A DNA stretch of 64,000 nucleotides from Candidatus Poribacteria bacterium (GTDB lineage: Bacteria; Poribacteria; WGA-4E; PCPOR2b), in NCBI GenBank assembly GCA_965208325.1, contig OZ242326.1:1856001-1920000 (forward strand), given 5' to 3'. Position 1 is the first letter of the stretch. The number at the start of each line of letters is the position of its first letter. The translations under genes and the position numbers were made by a program. Positions 1-9,346 of the stretch are shown piece by piece. The notes under the pieces were generated by a model. That model did not search any database, was not told the origin of the DNA, and was given only the letters and a program-made list of their open reading frames with translations.

Positions 1-2
1 AT

Positions 3-551
3 AGTTTAGGTACGCATTTCCTGATTGGGGCTACACATTGTGTCGGCAGTGTTTCGATTGAGTCGAATATATTCATTGATGATACACTCGGTGAGTTTGA
101 CCTCGGTGTTTCCATACCCGCTGTTAAGGGCGACAGTTTCAGCCTTACCGTGCTGCCCATGCTTGGACTTGGGTTTGATTATAAGGCGCCGGATGGCCCC
201 TCCGCAATTTTCCCGCACCTGTTTGTTTTCATGCCCGCAGGTAAGATATTTCTCAAATCGTGGTCGATTGGGTCATTCTATTCTGTGTTCGATGAGAAAA
301 GGAGCAACGAATTCTACACCCGCAATTATGCCACCTATTCCCTGAACAGGACGGTTGCGGTCGGACCCCAGGTTGAAGCCGTGTTAGGGCTTGGGGATGA
401 CGGGAAACTCATTAGCCTGATTCTCGGCGCGCGAATCAACATCGGCTACGGCGAAAATAACACGCTCGGCATACTTTATGGGTACGACACCAAAAAAACG
501 GAAGAGCAATCAGGGTTGACAGGAAGGTTGAGTTTTACACGCAGATGGTAG
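3..551 (+). CDS. 5'-truncated hypothetical protein, possibly outer-membrane beta-barrel
   Basis: The frame of ORF 150..551 is open back to position 3. It has alternating hydrophobic beta-strand-like segments and a C-terminal aromatic residue (LSFTRRW). Confidence 0.55.
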   Translation, partial: SLGTHFLIGATHCVGSVSIESNIFIDDTLGEFDLGVSIPAVKGDSFSLTVLPMLGLGFDYKAPDGPSAIFPHLFVFMPAGKIFLKSWSIGSFYSVFDEKRSNEFYTRNYATYSLNRTVAVGPQVEAVLGLGDDGKLISLILGARINIGYGENNTLGILYGYDTKKTEEQSGLTGRLSFTRRW

Positions 552-605
552 CAACATGTCGTCTCCGGTAGATATTTTCATGCGTGAACGCGCGTAAACG
601 ACTAC

Positions 606-1220
606 CTACTGCAGCAGGAGCATAATTTCCTTGCGCCGGTCACGGCGCAGTGCATAGTCGTAAGGCGTATCGCCCTTGGCGGTCTTGATGGTTTTGTCGG
701 CAGCAGCACCAAGTAACATCTTGATTACTTCTATATCGGCAGCTACAGCCGCAATGTGAAGTGGAGTTTCTCCCCAAACTGTGCTGAAGAAATCCATCTC
801 TGTGCGACCGCCGACTTTGGTTTGCCGATTAACATCGCCGCCCCGTTGAATTAGGAGTTTCAATGTTTCAGGCTGATTTCGGAGAGCGGCTTTGTGCAGC
901 GCAGTTTCCCCGCCGGCAGGGAGTTGCAAATTTACATCCGCCCCCGCATCAATTAGAAAAGACGCGAATTCCACATCGCCCCTAACCGTTGCGCTCATAA
1001 GCAGCGTCATTTCACTGAATCTATCGTGATTGATTTTACCGCCATAACCGAGCAGCCATTTGCATATATCCTTGTGACCTCTGAAATACGCCCAAAAAAA
1101 TGGTGGAAGGTCGCTGTGGTTCACGTCTGCGCCCTGTTGCACTAGCCGGCGGACGTCGTTGAATTTGCCGTTCTTTGCTGCTTCGATCAGCGCTTCGTTG
1201 ATTCCCATTTCCTGTTCCAT
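606..1220 (-). CDS. ankyrin repeat protein
   Basis: Repeated ankyrin motifs GETALHKAA, GETPLHIAA, GADVN, GDTPYDYA. Confidence 0.9.
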   Translation of the reverse strand: MEQEMGINEALIEAAKNGKFNDVRRLVQQGADVNHSDLPPFFWAYFRGHKDICKWLLGYGGKINHDRFSEMTLLMSATVRGDVEFASFLIDAGADVNLQLPAGGETALHKAALRNQPETLKLLIQRGGDVNRQTKVGGRTEMDFFSTVWGETPLHIAAVAADIEVIKMLLGAAADKTIKTAKGDTPYDYALRRDRRKEIMLLLQ

Positions 1221-1298
1221 GATAATTTTCTATTATTTTTATTAATAGTCAATTCCACTTATATTTGCTTATGTTTCGGTCGGTGCGGCTGCCGGCAA

Positions 1299-1763
1299 TC
1301 ACCTATCAGCAACAATCCATCCACCATCTATCAGCCCAATGCTGGCGCAACTAGGCCCGCCTTCGTCATCTGTACCCATATACCTCGCCATGAGCACTTT
1401 ATTCGGATTTTTGTACACCTCTTTCACCATTTGCCAAGTCACTTCCTGTTGGACATTGAATTTTGGATAGCCGGATGAAATCCAGATTTTTGCCCGTCGG
1501 CTCCATTCACAGTCCGCCTGACCCGCCGATTGGCCAATATTGATGTAGAAGAACCGCTTCGAGGGAGTTCCCCGTGCGAATGGCCCTGTGAAGTTAGGTA
1601 AACCCGTATTGCGCTGCGGTTTTACAATTGCCTCAAAATCGAACGCGATATCTTCGCCTGTTGATTGGGTAACCGAAACCAATTTTCCGTTGTTTTCCAG
1701 CGAGAAATTGACTCCGGCTGGCGGGCTCACTACGACGATGCGCATCGGGATGTTGTGTTCCAT
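1299..1763 (-). CDS. DUF5990-like hypothetical protein
   Basis: Motifs PNFTGPFARG..RFFYINIG..AGQ..WSRRAK and GGPSCAS recalled as typical of DUF5990; RBS GAGGA upstream. Confidence 0.65.
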   Translation of the reverse strand: MEHNIPMRIVVVSPPAGVNFSLENNGKLVSVTQSTGEDIAFDFEAIVKPQRNTGLPNFTGPFARGTPSKRFFYINIGQSAGQADCEWSRRAKIWISSGYPKFNVQQEVTWQMVKEVYKNPNKVLMARYMGTDDEGGPSCASIGLIDGGWIVADR

Positions 1764-1905
1764 AATTTAATCCTCGCCATTCATTTTAAGTTTTCAGCTT
1801 AGCTAGCGTCATGTCTGTAAGACGTATTCTATCATAACCATGGATTTCAGGACAACACGCTTGAGTCTGGTCTGTGTTTTGAGTTGAATTGAGTGTGCTT
1901 TTCGC

Positions 1906-1934
1906 TTGACAGAAACAAGGAGCTGTGATAAATT
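1906..1934 (+). promoter_or_regulatory. sigma70-type promoter upstream of the molybdoenzyme operon
   Basis: TTGACA-17nt-TAAATT with a TG extended -10. Confidence 0.55.
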
Positions 1935-2008
1935 GAGTTTATCATCTCAACGTAGAATAAACCATTTTTTGCGGCACCCCTATAAATCTATCGGTTACGG
2001 AGGGGGAC

Positions 2009-2659
2009 ATGGGAAAAGAAAAGGATTTAGAAAAAAATAAGGAATCCGTCATTTCGCGGCGGGGTTTCTTGAAGGGTATGGGTACCGGAGCGGTTGCGGC
2101 GACGGTTGCACCGACGGCGCTCGTTAGTGCTGAGAAATCGGCGGACGCCAAGATGGGCGATGCGATTACCCGCGCCAAAATCAAGCTCCATGTCAACAAC
2201 GAAACGCATGAGGTTGAAGTTGAACCTCGTACAACGCTGTTGAGTGTGCTTCGGGATGGGATCGATACCAGCGGCAAACGTATTGATTTGACTGGTGCCA
2301 AGTCCATCTGCGACCGCGGAGAGTGCGGGGGTTGTACAGTTCAGGTAGACGGGAAGCCAATCTACTCCTGTATGATGCTCGCAATTGATGCCGCGGGGAA
2401 ACAGATTACGACGGTCGAAGGGCTTGCGAACGGCGATCAGTTGCACCCGGTGCAGGAAGCGTTTGTTCAACACGACGCCCTGATGTGCGGCTTCTGTACA
2501 CCCGGATTCGTTGTGGCGTCAAAATCGTTGCTAGATGAAAACCCGGCGCCTACGCTTGAAGAAATTAAGGGCGGGTTGTCCGGCAACATTTGCCGATGCG
2601 GCACGTATCCGTTTATCTTTGAGGCAGTGAAAACGGCTTCGGGCAAGATGGGAGGTTAG
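2009..2659 (+). CDS. (2Fe-2S)-binding small subunit of aldehyde oxidoreductase/xanthine dehydrogenase family, with Tat signal (PaoA-like)
   Basis: SRRGFLK twin-arginine motif; CDRGECGGC..C and CGFC..CRC 2Fe-2S ligands. Confidence 0.92.
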   Translation: MGKEKDLEKNKESVISRRGFLKGMGTGAVAATVAPTALVSAEKSADAKMGDAITRAKIKLHVNNETHEVEVEPRTTLLSVLRDGIDTSGKRIDLTGAKSICDRGECGGCTVQVDGKPIYSCMMLAIDAAGKQITTVEGLANGDQLHPVQEAFVQHDALMCGFCTPGFVVASKSLLDENPAPTLEEIKGGLSGNICRCGTYPFIFEAVKTASGKMGG

Positions 2660-2663
2660 ACGA

Positions 2664-4790
2664 ATGGCATCGTGGGGAGAAGCACACGAAACACGCCTGA
2701 TTGGAAAACGCATCCCCCGTTTGTCAGGCGCGGACAAAGTCTCGGGGAAAGCGAAATACACGTTCGACATTAACCGGCCTGGGATGCTTTACGGCCGTAT
2801 TCTGCGCTCTCGCGTTGCACATGCTACGATTACGGCAATAGATCTCAGCGGTGCGGAATCGTTATCCGGTGTCAAAGCCGTCATTCCGCTGATTGAACCC
2901 GGCAAACGCTTGCGACACGAAGGACAGGAAATTGCCGCAGTGGCCGCGATCACTGACGACATTGCGAAGGATGCGGTACGGTTAATTCAGTACGACTTTG
3001 AAGAACTGCCCTTTGTGGTTGATGTCGAAGAAGCCATGGATGAAAGTGCGCCGCAAATTCGAGACGATTGGCACCGGAATCAGAGTCAACCAGGTATTGA
3101 TGAGCGCGGCAACCTTGAAGCCGGCTTTGCCGAGGCGGCCGTGGAAGTAGAGGCGACTTATAGCGCACCCGTTCAAACGCATGTTTGTCTGGAAACCCAT
3201 GGGCACGTTGCGGAATGGGACGGAGACAATTTGACGGTTTGGGCTTCGACACAGGCGGTATTTGGGACACGCCGAGATTTTGCCCAACACTTTAAAATTC
3301 CTGAAGACAAGGTCCGCATCATCACTGAACACATGGGGGGCGGTTTCGGAAGTAAGTTTAGCCCCGGTGTCGAAGGACGCGCGGCGGCAGAACTTTCGCG
3401 AAAAGCTGGTGCGCCTGTGAAGTTGATGCTAACGCGTAAAGATGAGCATCTGGTCGCTGGAAATCGGCCGTCAATGACGCAGCGCGTGCGGGCGGGCGCG
3501 ACAAACGACGGCCGTTTAATCGCTTACGACCTGCGGGGCTATGGCACCGGCGGAATCAGCGGCGGCGCTAGTTTCACGGGTCCTTATGTTTATGAGGTGC
3601 CGAATTATCGGACCGAGAAGATTGCTGTTGCCATCAACGCAGGAAGTGAACGCGCAATGCGCGCGCCGGGACACCCTCAAGGCGAATTTGCGATGGATTC
3701 GCTGATGGATGAACTCGCCGAAAAACTGGGCATGGATCCACTAGAATTCCGCCGAATCAACGACCCTAGCGAGATTCGCCAAGCGGAATACACACTCGGC
3801 GCCAAAGAAATCGGCTGGCACCGACGCAACGAAGTCCCCGGTACAGGGAAAGGCGTCAAGAAACGCGGCATCGGCATGGGAAGCGGACTCTGGGGCGGCG
3901 GCGGACACGCCGGAACACAAGCACGTGTGACAATCCACGCTGACGGTACGGTCGAAGCGGTTACCGGTACCCAAGATCTCGGCACCGGCATCCGAACAGT
4001 CATTGCGATAATCGTAGCGGAGGAATTCGGTCTACAACCGCAAGACATCAGTGTGAAAATCGGGGACAGCGGACCAGGACTGCCGTCTGGCGGCAGCGGC
4101 GGCAGCACTACAACACCTTCTGTTGCCCCGGTGGTGAAGACTGCGGCAACAGCAGCCAAGCAGAACCTCTTCAAACGGATTGCACCGCAGTTTGAAACCC
4201 AACCAGAAGACCTGCGCGCTGCAGACGGCAAGGTATACGCCGCCTCGGATCCAACGATGAGCGTGTCGTGGAAAGGCGCCGCGGGCCATCTCGGTATGGA
4301 GACGATTACCGGGAACGGCGCCTGGCATGACGGCCTCAGCGAACCGGGGGCTGCCGGAACTCAATTTGCGGAAGTCGAGGTGGACACGGAAACCGGTGAA
4401 GTGAAAGTCATCAAGATCGCAGCAATACAGGACTGCGGCCTGGTGATGAACCGTTTAACCTGCGAAAGCCAAATCAACGGCGGCGTTATCATGGGATTGG
4501 GTTATGCCCTGCTTGAGAACCGCATCATGGATCCGCTGACAGGCTATATGATTAATCCGAACCTTGAGGATTACAAGGTTGTAGGGGCTATGGAGGTTCC
4601 CGAAATTAAGTCTGTTGCTTTCGATACCGACCGGAAAGTGACAGGTGTCGGCGAACCTGCAACCATCCCGACTGCGGGCGCGATTGCTAACGCAGTTTAT
4701 AACGCAATCGGTGTCCGGATTCGCGACCTCCCAATCACGGCCGATAAGATACTCAACGCGCTTGCCGAGAATGCAGCAGCGTCCGGATGA
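2664..4790 (+). CDS. molybdopterin-binding large subunit, xanthine dehydrogenase family (PaoC-like)
   Basis: Motifs MGGGFGSK, AMRAPG, QDLGTG, SGGS, GVGEP, IANAVYNAIGVRIRDLPIT. Confidence 0.93.
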   Translation: MASWGEAHETRLIGKRIPRLSGADKVSGKAKYTFDINRPGMLYGRILRSRVAHATITAIDLSGAESLSGVKAVIPLIEPGKRLRHEGQEIAAVAAITDDIAKDAVRLIQYDFEELPFVVDVEEAMDESAPQIRDDWHRNQSQPGIDERGNLEAGFAEAAVEVEATYSAPVQTHVCLETHGHVAEWDGDNLTVWASTQAVFGTRRDFAQHFKIPEDKVRIITEHMGGGFGSKFSPGVEGRAAAELSRKAGAPVKLMLTRKDEHLVAGNRPSMTQRVRAGATNDGRLIAYDLRGYGTGGISGGASFTGPYVYEVPNYRTEKIAVAINAGSERAMRAPGHPQGEFAMDSLMDELAEKLGMDPLEFRRINDPSEIRQAEYTLGAKEIGWHRRNEVPGTGKGVKKRGIGMGSGLWGGGGHAGTQARVTIHADGTVEAVTGTQDLGTGIRTVIAIIVAEEFGLQPQDISVKIGDSGPGLPSGGSGGSTTTPSVAPVVKTAATAAKQNLFKRIAPQFETQPEDLRAADGKVYAASDPTMSVSWKGAAGHLGMETITGNGAWHDGLSEPGAAGTQFAEVEVDTETGEVKVIKIAAIQDCGLVMNRLTCESQINGGVIMGLGYALLENRIMDPLTGYMINPNLEDYKVVGAMEVPEIKSVAFDTDRKVTGVGEPATIPTAGAIANAVYNAIGVRIRDLPITADKILNALAENAAASG

Positions 4791-4838
4791 ATCTATTCAT
4801 CTTCAAACTACGCATGGAACGAATGAGGAGAAAGTGAT

Positions 4839-5813
4839 ATGGAAAATTTTGCTTACGTCAATGCAACAAACGTCGAACAAGCCTCCTCCTTGTTGAGCGG
4901 CGAATGGGGCGAAACGATGGTCATTGCAGGCGGAACGGATCTTCTCGGTGAGCTCAAGGAGTACATTGAAACGCCTGCGAAGGTTGTCAACCTCAAAACC
5001 ATCCCCGGTTTGGATGAGATTAATGCCGATGCTGCGGGATTGACAATCGGCGCGTTGGCAACAGTAGGAGATATTGCCGCACACCCTACAATCCAAGAGC
5101 ACTACACCGTCCTCGCGGAAGCCGCCGCCTCGGTTGCATCGCCGCAGATTCGCAACGTTGGCACGCTTGGCGGCAATCTGTGCCAGCGCCCGCGTTGCTG
5201 GTATTACCGCAACCCAGAGATAATCTGCCTGAAGAAGGGCGGCGACATGTGTTACGCGGTCGAAGGATTGAGCAAGTACCACGCAATTTTTGGCGGCGGA
5301 CCGGTGTATATTGTTCATCCTTCTGATACAGCACCGGCGTTAATCGCTCTTGGCGCCTCCGTGAAGATTATTGGCCCCGAGGGCGAAAAGACGATGCCGC
5401 TGGAGGAATTTTTCATTTTGCCGGATATCAACCCCCAACGTGAAAACGTGCTTGAACCGAACGAAGTCGTAGCGGAGATTCATGTTCCAAAACCGCCGGC
5501 GAATACGAAGAGTTTCTATATCAAAGCCCGCGAAAGGGGATCATTCGACTTTGCGTTGTCGAGCGTCGCTGCCGCGTTAGAGATGAACGGTTCAACCTGC
5601 CGGGCGGCGAGCATCGTGCTCGGCGGCGTCGCACCAATCCCGTGGCGATCGAAGGAGGCAGAAGCCGCACTGAACGGCGTGCGTATCACGGAAGCGGTTG
5701 CAAAGCGCGCAGGGAGTGAAGCCGTCAAGCATGCCGAACCGCTGAACGACAACGGGTATAAGGTTGCATTAACCCAAAATCTCGTCAGCCGTGCAGTAAT
5801 GAAGGCGTCTTAG
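4839..5813 (+). CDS. FAD-binding medium subunit (PaoB-like, with Cys insert for a 4Fe-4S cluster)
   Basis: AGGTDL, ASPQIRNVGTLGGNL, CQRPRCWYYR..CLKKGG.MC, HPSD. Confidence 0.92.
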   Translation: MENFAYVNATNVEQASSLLSGEWGETMVIAGGTDLLGELKEYIETPAKVVNLKTIPGLDEINADAAGLTIGALATVGDIAAHPTIQEHYTVLAEAAASVASPQIRNVGTLGGNLCQRPRCWYYRNPEIICLKKGGDMCYAVEGLSKYHAIFGGGPVYIVHPSDTAPALIALGASVKIIGPEGEKTMPLEEFFILPDINPQRENVLEPNEVVAEIHVPKPPANTKSFYIKARERGSFDFALSSVAAALEMNGSTCRAASIVLGGVAPIPWRSKEAEAALNGVRITEAVAKRAGSEAVKHAEPLNDNGYKVALTQNLVSRAVMKAS

Positions 5814-5830
5814 GGAATAGGAGAGCAGAC

Positions 5831-6070
5831 ATGGAAAAGGCAAAAGATTTGTCCATCTTGAATCGACCGATATGCCAAAATCTACGCACAAAAGCGCTTT
5901 ATGTGGCCGGCGGGAGTTTGCAGAATCTTGTTGAAACCAACCCTTACTCGCAATATTGGTGCAACTGCACAATGGCAGCGGTTGGTCCCGATGATAAATT
6001 CGTTTCACCGGAGGGATGCAGCCGTTCTCGAAGGTGTTTCGAGCCGATTGGCGGCGAGATTGTTGCGTAA
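5831..6070 (+). CDS. small Cys-rich hypothetical protein
   Basis: 79-aa ORF with AGGAG RBS, starting 18 nt after the FAD subunit; five Cys. Confidence 0.7.
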   Translation: MEKAKDLSILNRPICQNLRTKALYVAGGSLQNLVETNPYSQYWCNCTMAAVGPDDKFVSPEGCSRSRRCFEPIGGEIVA

Positions 6071-6211
6071 TTGACTCGATCCGAACGTACGCAAGTCAAG
6101 AGAGTTAGTTAGTTTCATACGCGGAACGCTGGCACGTGCGGTTTCTGTGAATCCTGACATCCTACGTTTAACCCCCATTCGAACGAATTCCGTATCACAC
6201 TTCGCGTCACC

Positions 6212-6673
6212 ATGACATTTCTTCCGGCACTGATACAGTGGCTGCACGTCGCGTCTGTCGTGCTAATGATTGGCGGTTTTTTCTTCCTTCGTGTCGTGCT
6301 TATCCCCGCTTCCCGCAGCCTCCCGAATAGCCACCAACCAAAACTCATGGCAGCGGCGCTGCGCCGATTCAGCGTTGTCGTCTGGATTGCTCTTGTAACT
6401 ATATTGGCGTCAGGGATTTATAACTTTGTCTCATTCCTGAGATCCGCGAACGCAACAACTGCGGCGGGCATATCTCCTGACTTTTCATATTATATTCTCG
6501 TCCTCGGCATCAAGCTATTTATCGTTTTTCTAATTTTTACGCTTGGCATCGTCCTCACGTTTCCGTACCCGGTTTTTGAACCTTTCCAAAAACGCCCCTC
6601 GCCGTGGATCAACCTGACAATGATATTGGGGCTAATCGTGATTTTTTTGTCCGCGCTGCTGCGGAGGTTGTAG
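6212..6673 (+). CDS. membrane protein, CopD-like N-terminus (about 4 TM)
   Basis: WLHVASVVLMIGG..FL..VL.P start, SGIYN motif, four hydrophobic stretches. Confidence 0.7.
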   Translation: MTFLPALIQWLHVASVVLMIGGFFFLRVVLIPASRSLPNSHQPKLMAAALRRFSVVVWIALVTILASGIYNFVSFLRSANATTAAGISPDFSYYILVLGIKLFIVFLIFTLGIVLTFPYPVFEPFQKRPSPWINLTMILGLIVIFLSALLRRL

Positions 6674-6800
6674 GAGATTTGGAAATCGGGTGATCCAAAT
6701 TACCTTTGCAAAGCGAAGATCTCACGCCGTGTAAACCATTTTTATGTCGTGAACTAATAATGCATTCAGAACCGGGATTGGGGAAGGAGTTATTCTGACA

Positions 6801-8060
6801 ATGGATGTTACAACAATAGAACTGCCGTACGGGCGTTCATCGGTGAGTGTTGATGCGCCGGCCGAGAATATTCTCGGTATCTACAGGCCGGAAACGGACG
6901 GAGGGGTCCCGGACGAGGATGTGCTTTTGCGCGAAGCGTTGGAGAAACCTGTCCGTTCTCCGCGTTTGCGCGACTTGGTTCGACCTGGGCAAAAGATAGC
7001 GATTGTGACCAGCGACCTGACGCGTCCGTGTCCGTCCGAGCGGCTGCTGCCGCTAATCCTTGATGAACTGGCGGCAAGCGGGATCCCCGATGCGGATGTG
7101 ACTGTGGTCATCGCGCTTGGGTTGCATCGACCGATGACAGCGGAGGAATTGGAGGTTACAGTTGGTACAGATGTATACCGCCGTGTCACGGTAATCAACC
7201 ACGATCCCAGAGACACGGTCCGATTAGGCGTTACCGCTGCCGGTACGCCCGTCGAGATTTTTCGGCCTGTTGTTGAATCCGATGTACGCATCTGCTTAGG
7301 CAACGTTGAGCTGCATTATTTCGTGGGCTATTCCGGCGGCGCGAAAGCGATTCTGCCCGGATGCGCTTCGGACGCGACGATTACAGCCAACCACGCCATG
7401 ATGGTACGCGCCGAGGCGTGCGCCGGCCGATTGGAAGGCAACCCGGTGCGCGGCGACATTGAGGAAGGGGTTGCCATGGTGGGTGTCGACTTTATATTTA
7501 ACGTGGTGTTGGACGGCAATCACCGCATAATCGGCGCAGTGGCAGGCGACGTAACCGCCGCTCATCGACACGGGTGCGAGATTGCGGCGCAACGCAGCAC
7601 GGTTGCAATTCCCAAACAGGCGGACATTGTATTGGTAGGCGCGGGGGGATACCCTAGCGACGTGAACCTGTATCAAGCGCAAAAGGCGTTGGACAACGCA
7701 CAATACTCCGTCCGCGATGGCGGGGTCATCGTTATGTCAGCCGAGTGCAGTGAGGGCTTCGGCAATCAGACCTTCGAGACTTGGATGACGAACGCCAACT
7801 CTCCCGAAGAGGTGTTAGACAGAATTCAGCAAAAATTCGTGATAGGCGGACATAAAGCGGCTGCGATTGCGGCGGTGCTGCGGCGAGCGACGGTTTATCT
7901 GGTCTCAGCCCTATCGCCCAAGCCGGTACGAAATTGCGGTTTAGTGCCATTTGCTAATCTGCGCGAAGCAATGCAAGCGGCGTTTGATGAGGCGGGAAAG
8001 CGATCCGACATCATTGTGATGCCGAACGGCGGTTCAATTCTTCCGGTTGCGGGGAATTGA
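6801..8060 (+). CDS. larA: nickel-pincer-dependent lactate racemase family protein (LarA)
   Basis: SDLTRP, ALGLHRPM, HYFVGYSGGAKAILPG, GGYP.D.NLYQAQKA, GHKA motifs. Confidence 0.88.
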   Translation: MDVTTIELPYGRSSVSVDAPAENILGIYRPETDGGVPDEDVLLREALEKPVRSPRLRDLVRPGQKIAIVTSDLTRPCPSERLLPLILDELAASGIPDADVTVVIALGLHRPMTAEELEVTVGTDVYRRVTVINHDPRDTVRLGVTAAGTPVEIFRPVVESDVRICLGNVELHYFVGYSGGAKAILPGCASDATITANHAMMVRAEACAGRLEGNPVRGDIEEGVAMVGVDFIFNVVLDGNHRIIGAVAGDVTAAHRHGCEIAAQRSTVAIPKQADIVLVGAGGYPSDVNLYQAQKALDNAQYSVRDGGVIVMSAECSEGFGNQTFETWMTNANSPEEVLDRIQQKFVIGGHKAAAIAAVLRRATVYLVSALSPKPVRNCGLVPFANLREAMQAAFDEAGKRSDIIVMPNGGSILPVAGN

Positions 8061-8149
8061 GAGGGCGTGGCATCAGTAAAGGTGGGCTGTCAACCCTCCT
8101 AGACCCGCTTTGTTAAGCTTGCTAATACCCACACCTTAATGAGGGTGTT

Positions 8150-8535
8150 AGAAACAGCGCGCAACGCAACCTATAAGAACTAGGAAGAACTAAAAAAACT
8201 ATCGCCTTCCCTATTCGATGAGTTAAAACTCTTTGGTAAGGCTTACTATTGCCCACAAGTCCGTAAAGTCGGATGGTGTACGGGTTTTCTCACCTCATTC
8301 TTGACGTAACCATGCCGTGAAGCTCCCGTGGGAAGAGCTTCCTAGCCCTGATTATCGGGACAAGGATGTCCCTCCCACAGTTTACACTATACCGAATTGA
8401 ACAATCGTTCTTAGCCGCAACATGGACTGCGTCTAACTCCAAAGATTTGTGGGTAAGTGTAATCATGGTAAGGAGGAGAATGATTATTCTAACGAATCGA
8501 CAATCGGGAGAAGGAATTTCCTCCCACAGCGCGGC
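8150..8535. repeat. mosaic REP-like intergenic region
   Basis: Contains AAAACTATCGCCTTCCCTATTCG (recurs at ~24657, 38310, 57260) and CGGGACAAGGATGTCCCTCCCACAG plus ~50 nt shared with ~41720-41790. Confidence 0.7.
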
Positions 8536-8574
8536 TCCGTGCGGATTCGAATGGTTATCGGATGGTGCTAGCGG

Positions 8575-9285
8575 TTAATCGTCGTGAGATTCGTCTTTGG
8601 CGGGTGATACAGCGTCTTGGCTTTCGAAAAATTCCTTTGCCGTTTGATGAATCCGATTCAAATCTGACCGTGACGGACGATGGCGGGCAAACTGAACCAT
8701 GTCACATGTGCGGAGGATTTCGCCGACGTGGTCGGCAACACTATCCGTCAAATCGTGGGGCAGACCTGCGAGGATTTGCCCGGTGTCTACGATTTTGATT
8801 TGATATTTTTCGCTGATATACCGCTTGGTCGTCATGGCGATTGATTCGTAATATTGTGGAATGTCACCTTCATCGCGCAGCCGCAAGGCTTGTTCCAACG
8901 CGTTCAATGCTGCGCCCTCAAGCGTAATTGAATGGGTCTCAGTTTCTAAAGGAATGACTTCTTCTGCAGGTTTGATTTCAGACCGATTGACATTCGCCCT
9001 GGGCGTCATAAGAGGCATTCTGTCGTTTAAAATTTGATTATCTTCAGTGGATTCATGGCGGCGGAATAGGCGAGGCAGGTTCGATCTATTTTGGCGGAGC
9101 AAAGCATAGGTGCAGAGGACAACCCCCACCACAAGCAATGCCGGAATAATTATTGAGACGACCGTAATTACGAGGTCAAAGAAACTCGCCTGGTTTTCAT
9201 TCAGCGTTACGCTTTGAGAAAATCCAGTTGAGGCAAGCAAAGGAAGCGTTATTGATAGTAATATTGCGAGTGTTGTCGGTATCAC
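8575..9285 (-). CDS. membrane-anchored hypothetical protein
   Basis: Probable GTG start at 9285 after GGAGAG. It has a signal-like N-terminus, one TM helix, and a C-terminal helical domain (YYESIA..KRYISEKY..CDMVQFA) reminiscent of BatD-associated tails. Confidence 0.65.
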   Translation of the reverse strand: MIPTTLAILLSITLPLLASTGFSQSVTLNENQASFFDLVITVVSIIIPALLVVGVVLCTYALLRQNRSNLPRLFRRHESTEDNQILNDRMPLMTPRANVNRSEIKPAEEVIPLETETHSITLEGAALNALEQALRLRDEGDIPQYYESIAMTTKRYISEKYQIKIVDTGQILAGLPHDLTDSVADHVGEILRTCDMVQFARHRPSRSDLNRIHQTAKEFFESQDAVSPAKDESHDD

Positions 9286-9346
9286 ATCTCTCCAACAATT
9301 GAATTGCCGCGGTATTGGGATACGGCAGCGGCATGCACCCAATGGT

